Assembly (NCBI GenBank): GCA_002269645.1
Contig: NIVC01000004.1
Span: forward strand, 124,001 to 188,000
Direction: 5' to 3'
DNA: 64,000 nucleotides
DNA from: Macrostomum lignano
Lineage: Eukaryota
Below are positions 26,001-37,200 of this stretch, one piece after another. The notes below the pieces were generated by a model. It was given only the letters and a program-made list of their open reading frames with translations, did no database searches and was not told where the DNA came from. The position numbers were made by a program, and so were the translations under genes. Within the stretch, counting starts at the first letter, position 1; each line of letters starts with the position of its first letter.

Positions 26001-26927
26001 GTTTAGTATCAATGCGGCATTCACCTTGCACTTTCACGATGCACGTCGCAAGCCACCCCACACTCGCAGGGCTGCAGTGGACAGAGTGCACAATAGCAGC
26101 GATTGGATGCGCGTTGCAGCCTCCTGTCCAGCTGCTCCAGGGCCCAATGGGTAAATAAATAAATGGGCCGGTACGAGCTACATAACGCGCACAGCTGAAA
26201 GGCTCACGTACGGAGCGAAATCTCCCTAAAAACTGTCAATCAACTGTCCAGCTGCCTCTACGCAGCATCTCTCTCGATGCGGTAAGTTCATTTACCAAAC
26301 TACTAAAAACTCGAGTAGCGAGACAGAATTCTGCACCAAATCATGTTCAAGCTTTGCCCTCCTGTCTTTTTAATGCCAACTTTTATGATGGTGCACTGCA
26401 GACTGTACATTAATTAGCAAGCTCTTAATTAATGTCTGCCACCGGTGAGTGGCTGGCCAGAGGGCGCCCCGCAGTGCACACATATCTGATAGATAACACA
26501 CATCACGCATATTTCGTCGCCTAATCCAGGGCGGCTAACTGTAACTTAGAGGCCTATCTTATAGGTTGCGTGCAACAGGAAAGCTTTGGCTGGAAATGTT
26601 GCATGCGTGATGCCCATGTGGCCGCTGCGTGCACGGAGTCCAGGTGAGCTTAGTGGCACAAGATAAGGCTGCTTTACGCTAACTACATGCGCTTTATTTT
26701 GAGAAAATTAAATTTATTAAATAAAATTTATGACAAAACTGTTAGAAAGTTGAACGGTTGGATCAGCTTGAGAAGTTTCGGCTATTACGAAAGTCATTAG
26801 CTACAGCTCGGGACCGGTAAGGGGAACTCGGGGGGGGGGGGGTCCTGCAGTTTCGAAGCCTTAACTCCAGGTTTTGAGAATGATCTCAGTGATTTCGATA
26901 TTAGAATCTGAGCGAGTTGGTTTTTAG

Positions 26928-29701
26928 CTCTGGGATTTCAAAAAAGAAAGAGCGGGCCAGCAATAACCCGGCTCCCGGTCCACTCCATTCTCTTTTCCAT
27001 GGCCGAACTCCAAGACTCAAATCGACTGCGAGAGCCGGCACAGCGGCAGAGGCGCTGGACAGCGGCGTCCGCCTTCTGTCTGAACTCGGCGCCAACGACG
27101 AGGACCTGGACGACGCCGGCATCGACACCTCCGCGACTGCCGCTATGGCCGCCGCTGACGAAGAGGACGAAGTTTCGAAGATGGTGGCGCCGTCGGCCGC
27201 GGCAGCTGTGCCCAAGCCGATCCGAGGCCACCTGATCGGCCGCCAGGGCACCTGGCAGCTGCACATCGACGCCGCAGCGCTTCGCTTCGTCCGTCAGCCG
27301 CCAGCGGCGTCTAAAGAATCAGCAAAGGATGACAATGAATCCTTCGTGTGCAGCTTTGACGACACAGTCGGTGTCGGCTTCATCAGCGATGGCGGCTGTC
27401 GGAGCCGCTACCTCTGCGCCTTCCGCTACGTCAGGCGGCCGGTCGCCGCGCCGGGCAGGCCGAGCGGGCCGCGCCAGCGCAGCCTCGTCTTGTTTCGCAT
27501 CGTGCAGCCGGCGGACCCGCCCGGCGTTGCCCTGGTCGGCCGGCTCTGCTCGCAGGCGGTTGCCCGATCGATGGGGCGCGAACCCGGGCCGCCTGGAAAA
27601 CGGCCGCTGCTGGTGAGCGGGCGGGGATTTCAATTTTTAAAGCAAACCCCCCCCCCCAAGCCTCGCACGATCTGGGCGCTCATGGCGCCCGTCTTTAGTC
27701 ATCCACGTCCAGAGCTCAGGCCCAGGGTGAGACGGGAGACCTGTACCTACCGGTAGTAATTACAACAATAACAAAATACACTGTTAGATAATCACAGCAA
27801 AGAACTGCCCAAGCTTCAAGCTTTGAGCCTCGAAACACAGACTGACTGAGCTTCAATTTCTTGCAGGGCAGGAGGCTTGACTGCTGTGCTTCGACTGCGC
27901 GTTCGAAGTCGACCATTTTCATTTCAAAATTTTGACCTTACATTAGAAATTTCATTAGAAATGACATTAAAAATGACAGTAGATGTGAGCTCAATGCAGG
28001 CTTTTACTGGGCCATTAACCAAGTCCTATCTCGCTTTCTTGTCTCATCTCGTCTCGTCCGCCCTCTGACCTGAAGGTGCTGCTGAACCCGCGCAGCGGCC
28101 AGGGCCGGGCGGACAAGCTGTTCAGGGAGACGGCCGAGCCGCTGCTGGAGGAGGCGGGGCTGGCGCACAGGCTGGTCCGCACCGAGTCCGCCGGCCACGC
28201 CACGCGGCTGCTGCGCGACTCGCCGGCCGAGGAGCTGCTGAGCTACTCCGGGCTCGTCATTGTCAGCGGCGACGGGCTGCTGTACGAAGCGCTGAACGGT
28301 CTGGCCGGCCGGCCGGACTGCCTCCAGCTGCTTCGCCGGCTGCCCTTCGGCGTCCTGCCGGCTGGCGGCGGCAACGCGGTGGCCGCGTCGTTGGCGCACG
28401 CCAACGGCGACTGCCTCGATCGCGAATTTGCAGTGACGGCCGCCTTCAACTTGGCCAAGGCGCGGCCTCGCCCGGTCGATCTGGCGCTTGTTGAAGCGGC
28501 CTCAGGCGCCAGCTACCTGGCCTGCCTGTCCGTTAACTACGGGTTGCTGGCCCAGGTGGACCTGGAGAGCGAGCGCTACCGCTTCCTAGGCGGGGCTCGG
28601 TTCGCCCTGGCATTCGGAATTCGACTGGCTGCGCCCGGCGGCCTGCGAGTATACAGAGCCAGGTGCGGGTTAGGGCCAGGTGCGGGTCAGGGCCAGGTGC
28701 GGGTCAGGGCCCGGTGCGGGTCAGGGCCAGGTGCGGGTCAGGGCCCGGTGCGGGTCAGGGCCAGGTGCGGGTCAGGGCCAGGTGCGGGTCAGGGCCAGGT
28801 GCGGGTCAGGGCCAGGTGCGGGTCAGGGCCAGGTGCGGGTCAGGGCCAGGTGCGGGTCAGGGTCAGGTGCGGGTCAGGGCCAGGTGCGGGTCAGGGCCAG
28901 GTGTTAAGCTACTTGACTTCTTCATTCATGAGCCAGGCGCACAGGTGCACAATTGTTCAGACGAGGTGTACATGCAGCTAGGTTAACTATTCAGTCTAGT
29001 GCTGGGTTCAATTGCAGCCAGGTACAAAGGTTGTGAGCTGTGCGCCACTACCTGCTGCCCGATTTGTGTGACAGATTTGCGTTACAAGTAGGCTCTGTTC
29101 GACCTCACTAGTGCGAATAGAAGCACTAAGCAGGCTCGGAGAAACTGAATCTTGGCTCGCACCAAACCACGCCTCTCGCAGACTCTCCTACTTGCCGGCA
29201 GAAGTTGCCGAAGCTAAAGACGCTGAAACCGCCGACGTCAGCAACGACAACGGCGACGACAACAACCGGAAGCCGCTGGCCTCGCTGAAGCGTCATTTGC
29301 CGGCCAGTCTGTCGGACCCGTTGCCTAGCAACGCAGGCTGGGTGACGGAGGAAGCGGACTACCTGCTGGTGCTGGCCAGCCTGCACTCGCACCTGGCTAC
29401 CGATAATTTCTACGCGCCCCCGTGCCGGCCGGACGACGGGCGCATCTACGTGACCTGGGTGGCGGCCGGGGTGTCCAAGGTCGACCTGCTGCGCATGTTC
29501 CTCAGTGTCGGCGACGGCGGCCACTTTCGAGCGCCGGCGTTCCGCTGCGCGGCGGCCCGCGCCTTCCGCCTGGAGCCGCTGGACGACGGCGGGCCGGTGT
29601 GCATCGACGGCGAGACGGCGCCATGCGAGGCGATGCAGGTGGAGCTGCTACCTCGCCTCGGCTTGGCGCTGACGCCGGCGCGAATCGGGATAACGAATTG
29701 A
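26928..29701 (+). CDS. SPHK: sphingosine kinase
   Basis: Exons ~26928-27612, 28076-28662, 29182-29701; motifs RPLL|VLLNPRSGQG, SGDGLLYEALNGL, PAGGGN, VDLESERYRFLG, VYRAR|LSYLP, IDGE. Possible first exon 26603-26643 (ATG CGT..TCC AG|gtgagc) is phase compatible. Confidence 0.93.
28658..28905 (+). repeat. 17-bp repeat made of the SPHK splice donor (CAG|GTGCGGGTCAGGGC), 15 copies
   Basis: GT at 28663 then every 17 nt to 28901. Confidence 0.95.
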
Positions 29702-30499
29702 AAGCGCATTTGATTGTCCTCATCCGCATGGCAACGTACACATCAATACTCGGACTGAACTGGGTTCTGCGCCTCAGAGATATTCCTTATGTACTATTTA
29801 TCGATTTGGAAATCAGAGACATTTATTTCTTTAGAGTAGACTATCGAATTTGGATCTTGAGTAGCGAAGGTCAAATATTTCACTTTGCACCTATGAGATG
29901 CACTTCTGCCTAGTAAAAACTTGATGGCGCGGATGCTGTGCTATTGGCGCTAAATTACCGTATCTAGGCTTAATTTAATAAACTTTTAACGCTTCCAGCC
30001 TGGCAACGATAAAAACCACTGACTTATCGCATTGTATGATACTTTGACCCTGACACAAACAACCAGTTTTGGCCATTACGAGCTAGTTTTCGAGCACAGT
30101 TGCTGCTTTTCCAGTTTTATTTCTCTATACACCCTCCTTCTATTTGCATTGGCATGAAATAAGTGTAGAATAATGGCATCGGTGCTTGGCAAAGTACGTA
30201 GCTCGTACGTGTATGCAATAGATAAATAATCCACAAATAAAGAGATGACAGCACGGTGAGAGATCACGGTGATGACAGCCCAATCGAAAGTCTTAGACGA
30301 GAGCAAATGTCTATGGCTCAATTCGAAGGAGCGCTTGTAAAGACGATAAGAGTCTTAGTTCGGGATTAAAAATCGTACCGACCTAAAAAATATGGCTTGC
30401 TTAGATCAGAGAAGGGTTAGATCAGCGTGACCCCAACAACTTTGAGAGTCCGCGGCAACTTGGACGACATTCGAGATCTGAACAAGAGCACAAAGCCGC

Positions 30500-31220
30500 C
30501 GACTAGCTCTTAAGCAAAGCAAGTGGGTCGTTGGAGTATCTAACCGTTGGCTTCAGGAGTCGAAAATAGAGTGACACAAACAACTCGGATTTGAATTCGC
30601 TGCTGCCAATATATTTGTCCACGAAGTCATTGGGTTAAGACGGCTCAAAGTATCCTGCTGGTTCGCTGGTGTCTTTGATCAGTGGACTGCAACAAGACTG
30701 TGTGGTGAGACCAACTGATTTCTTCCATGGAACAAGAGTTTCTCTGAATCACAGTCTTGACGCCGCCATGAAGATTACATCATCTAGAGAAGGGAAGGCT
30801 TGCAGAGAACTTCTGCCGATGTAGTTAGTCACTGTGAGCGACGAGGAGAAGTTATGGGCTTGTGTGTTCAGTGAGGATGCACCAAAGGAACTAATAAGAA
30901 CACTGTTATTCCTGAATGGACTGCATTTCGCTCTGCAAGGTGGAGATGAGCACTGGACGTGCGCTTATGGACCAACTATCTGTGCGCTTATCGAGATGCT
31001 TCAAACCTAGAAAAGTGGCTTTGTTGGTCTTGGTCCTCTGTCTTCCGCTAGAGAAGAAGTCATACCACTAACAATATCTACAACTAAGGAGCTAAGCTAA
31101 GCGATGCTAAAGAGTGCATATGATGGCTATATTCTTCCGTAAATGTCTTCAAAATGGACTTGAAAGTGGTTTAAATTACATAAGCTGGATAAATCTTCCC
31201 TGCGAGGAAGTAGGAATTAG
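30500..31220 (+). mobile_element. decayed Crypton-type (DUF3504/tyrosine recombinase) transposon
   Basis: Interrupted translations QSKWVVGVSNRW, DGSKYPAGSLVSLISGLQQ (30639), SLDAAMK, EEKLW, LLFLNGLHFALQGGDEH (~30905-30953) follow Crypton/DUF3504 motif order; stops and frameshifts present. Confidence 0.75.
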
Positions 31221-31404
31221 GAAACATATCGGCGGACGCGAAATTGAACTTTGCAGCGTATATAGTGCCGATCGTCACGATGTAAACTTTGCTGCCTTCT
31301 TGAATTTCCTCCAGGCGACTCTACCGAGACTGACAACCTTGCCGCTACGTCGACAACACCGACAACATTGAGAAGACGCTGGCGAGGTGGCGCTTACGAG
31401 AAGC

Positions 31405-31465
31405 CGTAGCCCAGTGGTCCAGCGCGGCGCTCTGATGTATGACTGCGTACGTATCCGCGGCGCTT
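31405..31465 (+). mobile_element. internally deleted copy of the SINE-like element at 49625
   Basis: CGTAGCCCAGTGGTCCA.CGCGGCGCTCTGATG joined directly to TATGACTGCGTACGT; both parts occur ~170 bp apart in the 49.6 kb copy. Confidence 0.65.
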
Positions 31466-32412
31466 TTTTGTCTGCTCAGAGGAGTCTGCGGGATGGGAAC
31501 CTCTCGCTGGTTGTAACGCAATGGTATATTATTCCCGGCGCAAGTCGTGTTATTCCAATATCATGCATCCCGACTGCAGAAAAGTGCATTGACTAGTGTT
31601 TCCACATAGGCTTGTTTATAATATATAATTATAAATAATTTGATAATTAATTTTTGGGTCACCTAATAAACTCGTTAAACTAATGTTTTTGTCTATGGAC
31701 AATAGCACGCATCCCTGTCAATGCTTGTCAATGCCGCTTAAAGTGCGCCGGGGTGCACACAGCCTCAGGCCGCGCTGACAAGTGGCGCCTCAACCGATTG
31801 CAACACAGGTGATTTGACAACAGTCTTGCAGTCTAACGTGCAAGAGCTACAGATTCAGCTTCTATAACTGCATATTTCAAAACTGGCAGTTCTATTGAAG
31901 ACAATGAATGCATCGAATGAAGACTAAAGGCGATCGCATTGAAGATAAAAACGTATACAGTGCAGCTGAAAATAAACAAACTAGTTTATTGTTAGCCTAA
32001 ATCAATAAATTATTTAAAGAATACAAAAGAACAAACATCGAGCATCCATAGCTAACATATTTCACTGATTTAATTTAAAGCGTATTAAAGCGTATGAGCC
32101 GATGCCCAAGCAGCCAGTGGGCTCGTATATTTAATTTAAGGATTAACCAGTGCTTTGCACTTGAATGCTTAGCTGAGACAATAGTAAAAAGTTTTGTTTT
32201 AAAAAGCAACATTGTTTGTACATAAAAAAATGCTGTACCGAGATGAACTTTTACAATCCTGCAACCTGCAAGTGTTATTAGATACTTTCTATCATGTTCA
32301 ATCAGCCCCAACAAACAGGCAGATGGTCCGCCCTAAACTCTCGGTTATCCCCCCTACTTCTGCATGTCAGAATGCGACGAAATTGGGAACTTTTATTGGC
32401 AATTCTGAGCAG

Positions 32413-33663
32413 TCAGGGCAGCACGAATACCAGCAGCACGCAGCCGATCTGAATGATTGACCCGTGCCGCAGCACCGCCCCGTCCTCGCAACCACCGCCG
32501 CCGCCGCCGCCAAACAGTGCCACAGGCGAGCAAAGGCAGCGGCACCCGGCGCCGCCGCCGCTGCCGCCTCCCGACAGTCGGAACCGGTGCCCCGCAGAGT
32601 CTAGCGCCGCCAGCGTTGCGGCTGCAGCCGACTGGGACTGGCGCTGCGCCGATCCCGTCAACCCGCCGCCGCGCCGCCCGGCCGCGGACTTCGCCGCCCC
32701 TTTCTGGCCGTCCTTTGCCCCGCTAAAGCCGACGCCGGCCGCCCAGGTCCGCTTGGCAGAGGGAGCGAAGAGCTGGCCATCCACCACGGTGCCGTGCTGG
32801 CTGTAGTTGATGAGCTCGAACACCCGGCCAGTTGGGTCGTAGTGGATCGTGGCGTGGCAGGAGGCGGCGGCGTACACGCAGTCGGAGCCCCACTGCTCAG
32901 CCAGGGCGATGTCGTTGCCGGCCAGCAGCCCGACAGTCGCCCCGGTGCGGGTCAGGGCGACCGGCGGCCCGCCGGCGGCCGGTGCGGCGCAGTGCAGGAT
33001 GGCCAGCGGTGGCGCCTCTGACAATTCCAAAGCCGATGCCAGTGGCTCCGCCGTGCGCGCAGGCGGCGGCGTGGCTTCTCGCTCGCCGGAGGACGACTCG
33101 GACAGGAAGCTATCAGCTGCGGCGGCTCGGCGCTTGCTCCGCTTCTGTCGCCTTTTGCCGCTGTACAGATCTTTGACCACCTGCGGCACTGGGGGCTGCG
33201 ACTGGGCCGCACCGCCCGGACGGTCCAACCGCCACGCTGGCAGGAAGCCGTCAATGCCGGCCGCTTTGGCCACAGCAGCGGCAGCGGCGCCAGCGCCTGT
33301 CGGTGGAGCTTCGTCTGGCGGCGCGGCGGCGGCGGCCTTTGTCAGCGCCATTGCCAGCTCGCAACGCAGCGCTACTCGGCGCCGCTTCTGGCGCTTCTCC
33401 TTGACGCCGCCTGAACCGGAAGCGGCCTCCGCATCGGCCGGCGGATGCGCCGGACACCGGAAGTCAAGACCGGAAGGCGGCGGCCGTTCGAGTCCAAGGC
33501 AGGCCAGGTGCTGGGCGGCCGGGCACAGGTCGCACTGGATGAGGGCGCCGGTTGCGCAGCCGTCGCCGCACATTTTGCATTGGCGCAGCGGCAGCGCCGG
33601 CAGCTTCCACTTGGGGCGGCCAGCCTGCGGCTGCTGCTCCGCTTGCTGCTGCAGTTGCGGCTG
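32413..33663 (-). CDS. PHF12: PHF12-like PHD finger + FHA domain, single terminal exon lacking a start codon
   Basis: CKMCGDGC..LIQCDLCP..HLACL..FRCPAH (PHD2 of PHF12), HATIHYD..FELINYSQHGTVVDG (FHA), LRHGSIIQIGCVLLVF*; phase-0 acceptor at 33664. Confidence 0.82.
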   Translation of the reverse strand, partial: QPQLQQQAEQQPQAGRPKWKLPALPLRQCKMCGDGCATGALIQCDLCPAAQHLACLGLERPPPSGLDFRCPAHPPADAEAASGSGGVKEKRQKRRRVALRCELAMALTKAAAAAPPDEAPPTGAGAAAAAVAKAAGIDGFLPAWRLDRPGGAAQSQPPVPQVVKDLYSGKRRQKRSKRRAAAADSFLSESSSGEREATPPPARTAEPLASALELSEAPPLAILHCAAPAAGGPPVALTRTGATVGLLAGNDIALAEQWGSDCVYAAASCHATIHYDPTGRVFELINYSQHGTVVDGQLFAPSAKRTWAAGVGFSGAKDGQKGAAKSAAGRRGGGLTGSAQRQSQSAAAATLAALDSAGHRFRLSGGGSGGGAGCRCLCSPVALFGGGGGGGCEDGAVLRHGSIIQIGCVLLVFVLP

Positions 33664-33819
33664 CTGCGGGGGTTGAAAATTATGGGGGAGATGGGGGAGA
33701 AAATATTCTCATAACTGGGAGGATTCGGCCGCTTAGAATTTTCTGCTGATGTTTATATTTCCTGTTCTAAGAAATTTTCTCTCTGCTACAAGTTTTTAAA
33801 GAATCTCTCGTATTCTTGC

Positions 33820-33960
33820 TGCTCGGAGAATTCCCCAAAGGATCTGGCTGCTCGGAGAATTCCCCAAAGGATCTGGCTGCTCGGAGAATTCCCCAAAGGA
33901 TCTGGCTGCTCGGAGAATTCCCCAAAGGATCTGGCTGCTCGGAGAATTCCCTAAAGGACA
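33820..33960. repeat. 29-bp tandem repeat (GGCTGCTCGGAGAATTCCCCAAAGGATCT)
   Basis: About 4.5 copies between CHMP5 3' end and PHF12 exon. Confidence 0.9.
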
Positions 33961-34263
33961 GCTGGAGTATTTAATAAATAATTAAAGTCATTAAACAATT
34001 AAAGTCAGTGCGTCAGATCTTTTAATGAATGGCAATTTATTAATAAAATTTATTGCAAGGTTAGCAAAAACGAAAATTAAACTAAATGCCAAAGCAACGC
34101 TTTGACTGAAAACTGAAATGCAACCAAAAAGCGTTAAACATTATTCAGCTGTGCTGAAAGCTCGGAGGTTTGAAAAACGGGTAGGCAGAAGTTTCAGAAT
34201 AGCAATTCCTGGTATTTGAAATGTCTCGCAAAAAATCTTGGACATAAAGTCTGCACGCGGAAT

Positions 34264-37200
34264 TCACTTGGCGCTGGCGGGAACCTTGGGCAGCCCGAAC
34301 TCATCCAGCTGCTGGTCTGAGGACTGCAATGCGAAGGAAGGATTGTAACGAATGGTTCCAATGCGAGCATCTAGAACTTTGGTAGGCACATAGATTGCGA
34401 GGTGAATATGCAGGTAGGCAGAGATTGGAAGGTGAATTTGCAGGTAGGCAGGTAGATTGGAAGGTGAGTATGCAGGTAGACAGGTAGATTGGAAGGTGAA
34501 TTTGCAGGTAGACAGGTAGATTGGAAGGTGAGTATGCAGGTAGACAGGTAGATTGGAAGGTGAATATGCAGGTAGGCAGAGATTGGAAGGTGAATATGCA
34601 GGTAGACAGGTAGATTGGAAGGTGAGTATGCAGGTAGACAGGTAGATTGGAAGGTGAAAATGCAGGTAGGCAGAGATTGGAAGGTGAATATGCAGGTAGA
34701 CAGGTAGATTGGAAGGTGAGTATGCAGGTAGACAGGTAGATTGGAAGGTGAGTATGCAGGTAGACAGGTAGATTGGAAGGTGAGTATGCAGGTAGACAGG
34801 TAGATTGGAAGGTGAGTATGCAGGTAGACAGGTAGATTGGAAGGTGAATTTGCAGGTAGACAGGTAGATTGGAAGGTGAGTATGCAGGTAGACAGGTAGA
34901 TTGGAAGGTGAATATGCAGGTAGGCAGAGATTGGAAGGTGAATATACAGGTAGACAGGTAGATTGGAAGGTGAGTATGCAGGTAGACAGGTAGATTGGAA
35001 GGTGAGTATGCAGGTAGACAGGTAGATTGGAAGGTGAGTATGCAGGTAGACAGGTAGATTGGAAGGTGAATTTGCAGGTAGACAGGTAGATTGGAAGGTG
35101 AATTTGCAGGTAGACAGGTAGATTGGAAGGTGAATTTGCAGGTAGACAGGTAGATTGGAAGGTGAATATGCAGGTAGGCAGAGATTGGAAGGTGAATATG
35201 CAGGTAGACAGGTAGATTGGAAGGTGAGTATGCAGGTAGACAGGTAGATTGGAAGGTGAAAATGCAGGTAGACAGGTAGATTGGAAGGTGAATATGCAGG
35301 TAGACAGGTAGATTGGAAGGTGAATATGCACATTTAAGTACTCTAGACAAGCAGATATGCAGGTTGGAAGGCAACTCACAGCGGGCGCCGATGCGGGCGC
35401 GCTGTCAGCGCCGGGCACTCGGCTCGGCACGCCAGGCGCACTGAGCGCCTCGTCCAGGTAAGACTGCCCGCCGATGTCCTCGGCGCCGAGGGCGTCCAGC
35501 TCGGCCTCCAGATCGGACTCGTCCACATCGGGCATGCCGTAGCTGCGGCCCATGATCTCGTTGATTTCGTTGGACTGATCAACAAAGCTTTCGAGATCGT
35601 CCTGAATTGTTGTCAGTGGTTAATGCCAATCGTGAGTCGGGAATCGGCCATAAACTGAATCAAAATCAGCCATAAACTGTCGGGAATCAGCTATAAACTG
35701 AGTCAGGAATCAGCCATAAACTGAATCAAAATCAACCATAAACTGAGCCAGAATCAGTCATAAACTGAGTCAGGAATCAGTCATAAACTGAGTCAGGAAT
35801 CAGTCATAAACTGAGTCAGGAGTCAGTCATAAACTGAGTCAGGAATCAGTCATAAACTGAGTCAGGAATCAGTCATAAACTGAGTCAGGAGTCAGTCATA
35901 AACTGAGTCAGGAATCAGTCATAAACTGAGTCAGGAATCAGTCATAAACTGAGTCAGGAGTCAGTCATAAACTGAGTCGGGAATCGGCCATAAACTGAGT
36001 CGGAATCAGCCATAAACTGAGCCAAAATCAGCCATAAACTGAGCCAGAATCAGCCATAAACTGAGCCAGAATCAGCCATAAACTGAGCCAGAAAATCAGC
36101 CATAAACTGAGCCAGAATCAGCAATAAACTGAGCTGGCAACCAGCCATAAACTGAGCCAGAATCAGCCATGAACTGAGCCAGAATCAGCCATAAACTGAG
36201 CCAGAATCAGCCATAAAATGAGCCAGAATCAGCCATAAACTGAGCCAGAATCAGCCATAAAATGAGCCAGAATCAGCCATATACTGAGCCAGAATCAGCC
36301 ATATACTGAGCCAGAATCAGCCATATACTGAGCCAGAATCAGCCATAAGCTTAGGTCTTTGGCTATGCTACCTGCAGGTCCTCAATTTTGTCCAAGTTGA
36401 CTCCGCGGTAGCTCTTCTTGAACTCCTTGACCCCGCCTCGCATAGCTTCCACTGTGGTTTTTGTATCCTTGACTGTCTGTATAGCGAAATTAGTCTGCTC
36501 CAAGTTGAAGCCCTGCTGCATCAGCTGCTCCCGCTGCTGCTCATAGCTTCGTTTCTGTTTGAGCACTCGCAGCGCCTTCTGCTTAACAAGATTCTTGGAC
36601 GGGCCGTCGCGCATTTTGGCCATCTGTTCGCGATAGCCAGAGAGCTCCTGATCCAGCTTGGCGATCTTCTTCTCTATGGACTCGCCCCGGCTGTCAATCT
36701 GGGTAAAAAAATTTAAAAAAATGGTTTAAGTACAAGATCATAGAAAGGGATAAATAGCTTTATTAATCTAATATATATAGCTTTTCTTAGCTATAGGCCT
36801 ATTATATAAAGAAGCCATATTACATGTTATAACTTTAATAATTTTTTTGTACAAAGCTATTATTAGTAATAAATATGCTAAAATCCATAGTCAGGATCAT
36901 GGCACGCCTACGCCAAAACTAGTGATGGATCCGAATATTTGGATTTGGAATCCGAATTCAAAAAAATGTGTCACTTTTTTAGAAATACAAATGTTTCAGA
37001 TTTGAAGTTTTTTCCAAATGTGCTTCCAAATATGAAAAAATCAAGAAACCTAAACAAATTCAGGTTTGTAAAAGAAATAAAACTTTTGAAATAAGAAAGT
37101 ATATTAAAAAAAAACAAAAACACAAGAATCAGTAATTTCCATTTGAAAAATACCAGTAAAACATATTTGAATCTGTTTCATAAAAAATGCAATGTTAACA

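Noticed and set aside
34264-35553. 429-aa ORF as a long CHMP5 isoform, and plus-strand AAG|GTGAGT motifs in the same repeat
   Set aside because: The ORF is read-through of intron 3 with clean GT-AG sites on both sides; the donor-like motifs are antisense to CHMP5 and no plus-strand exon was found
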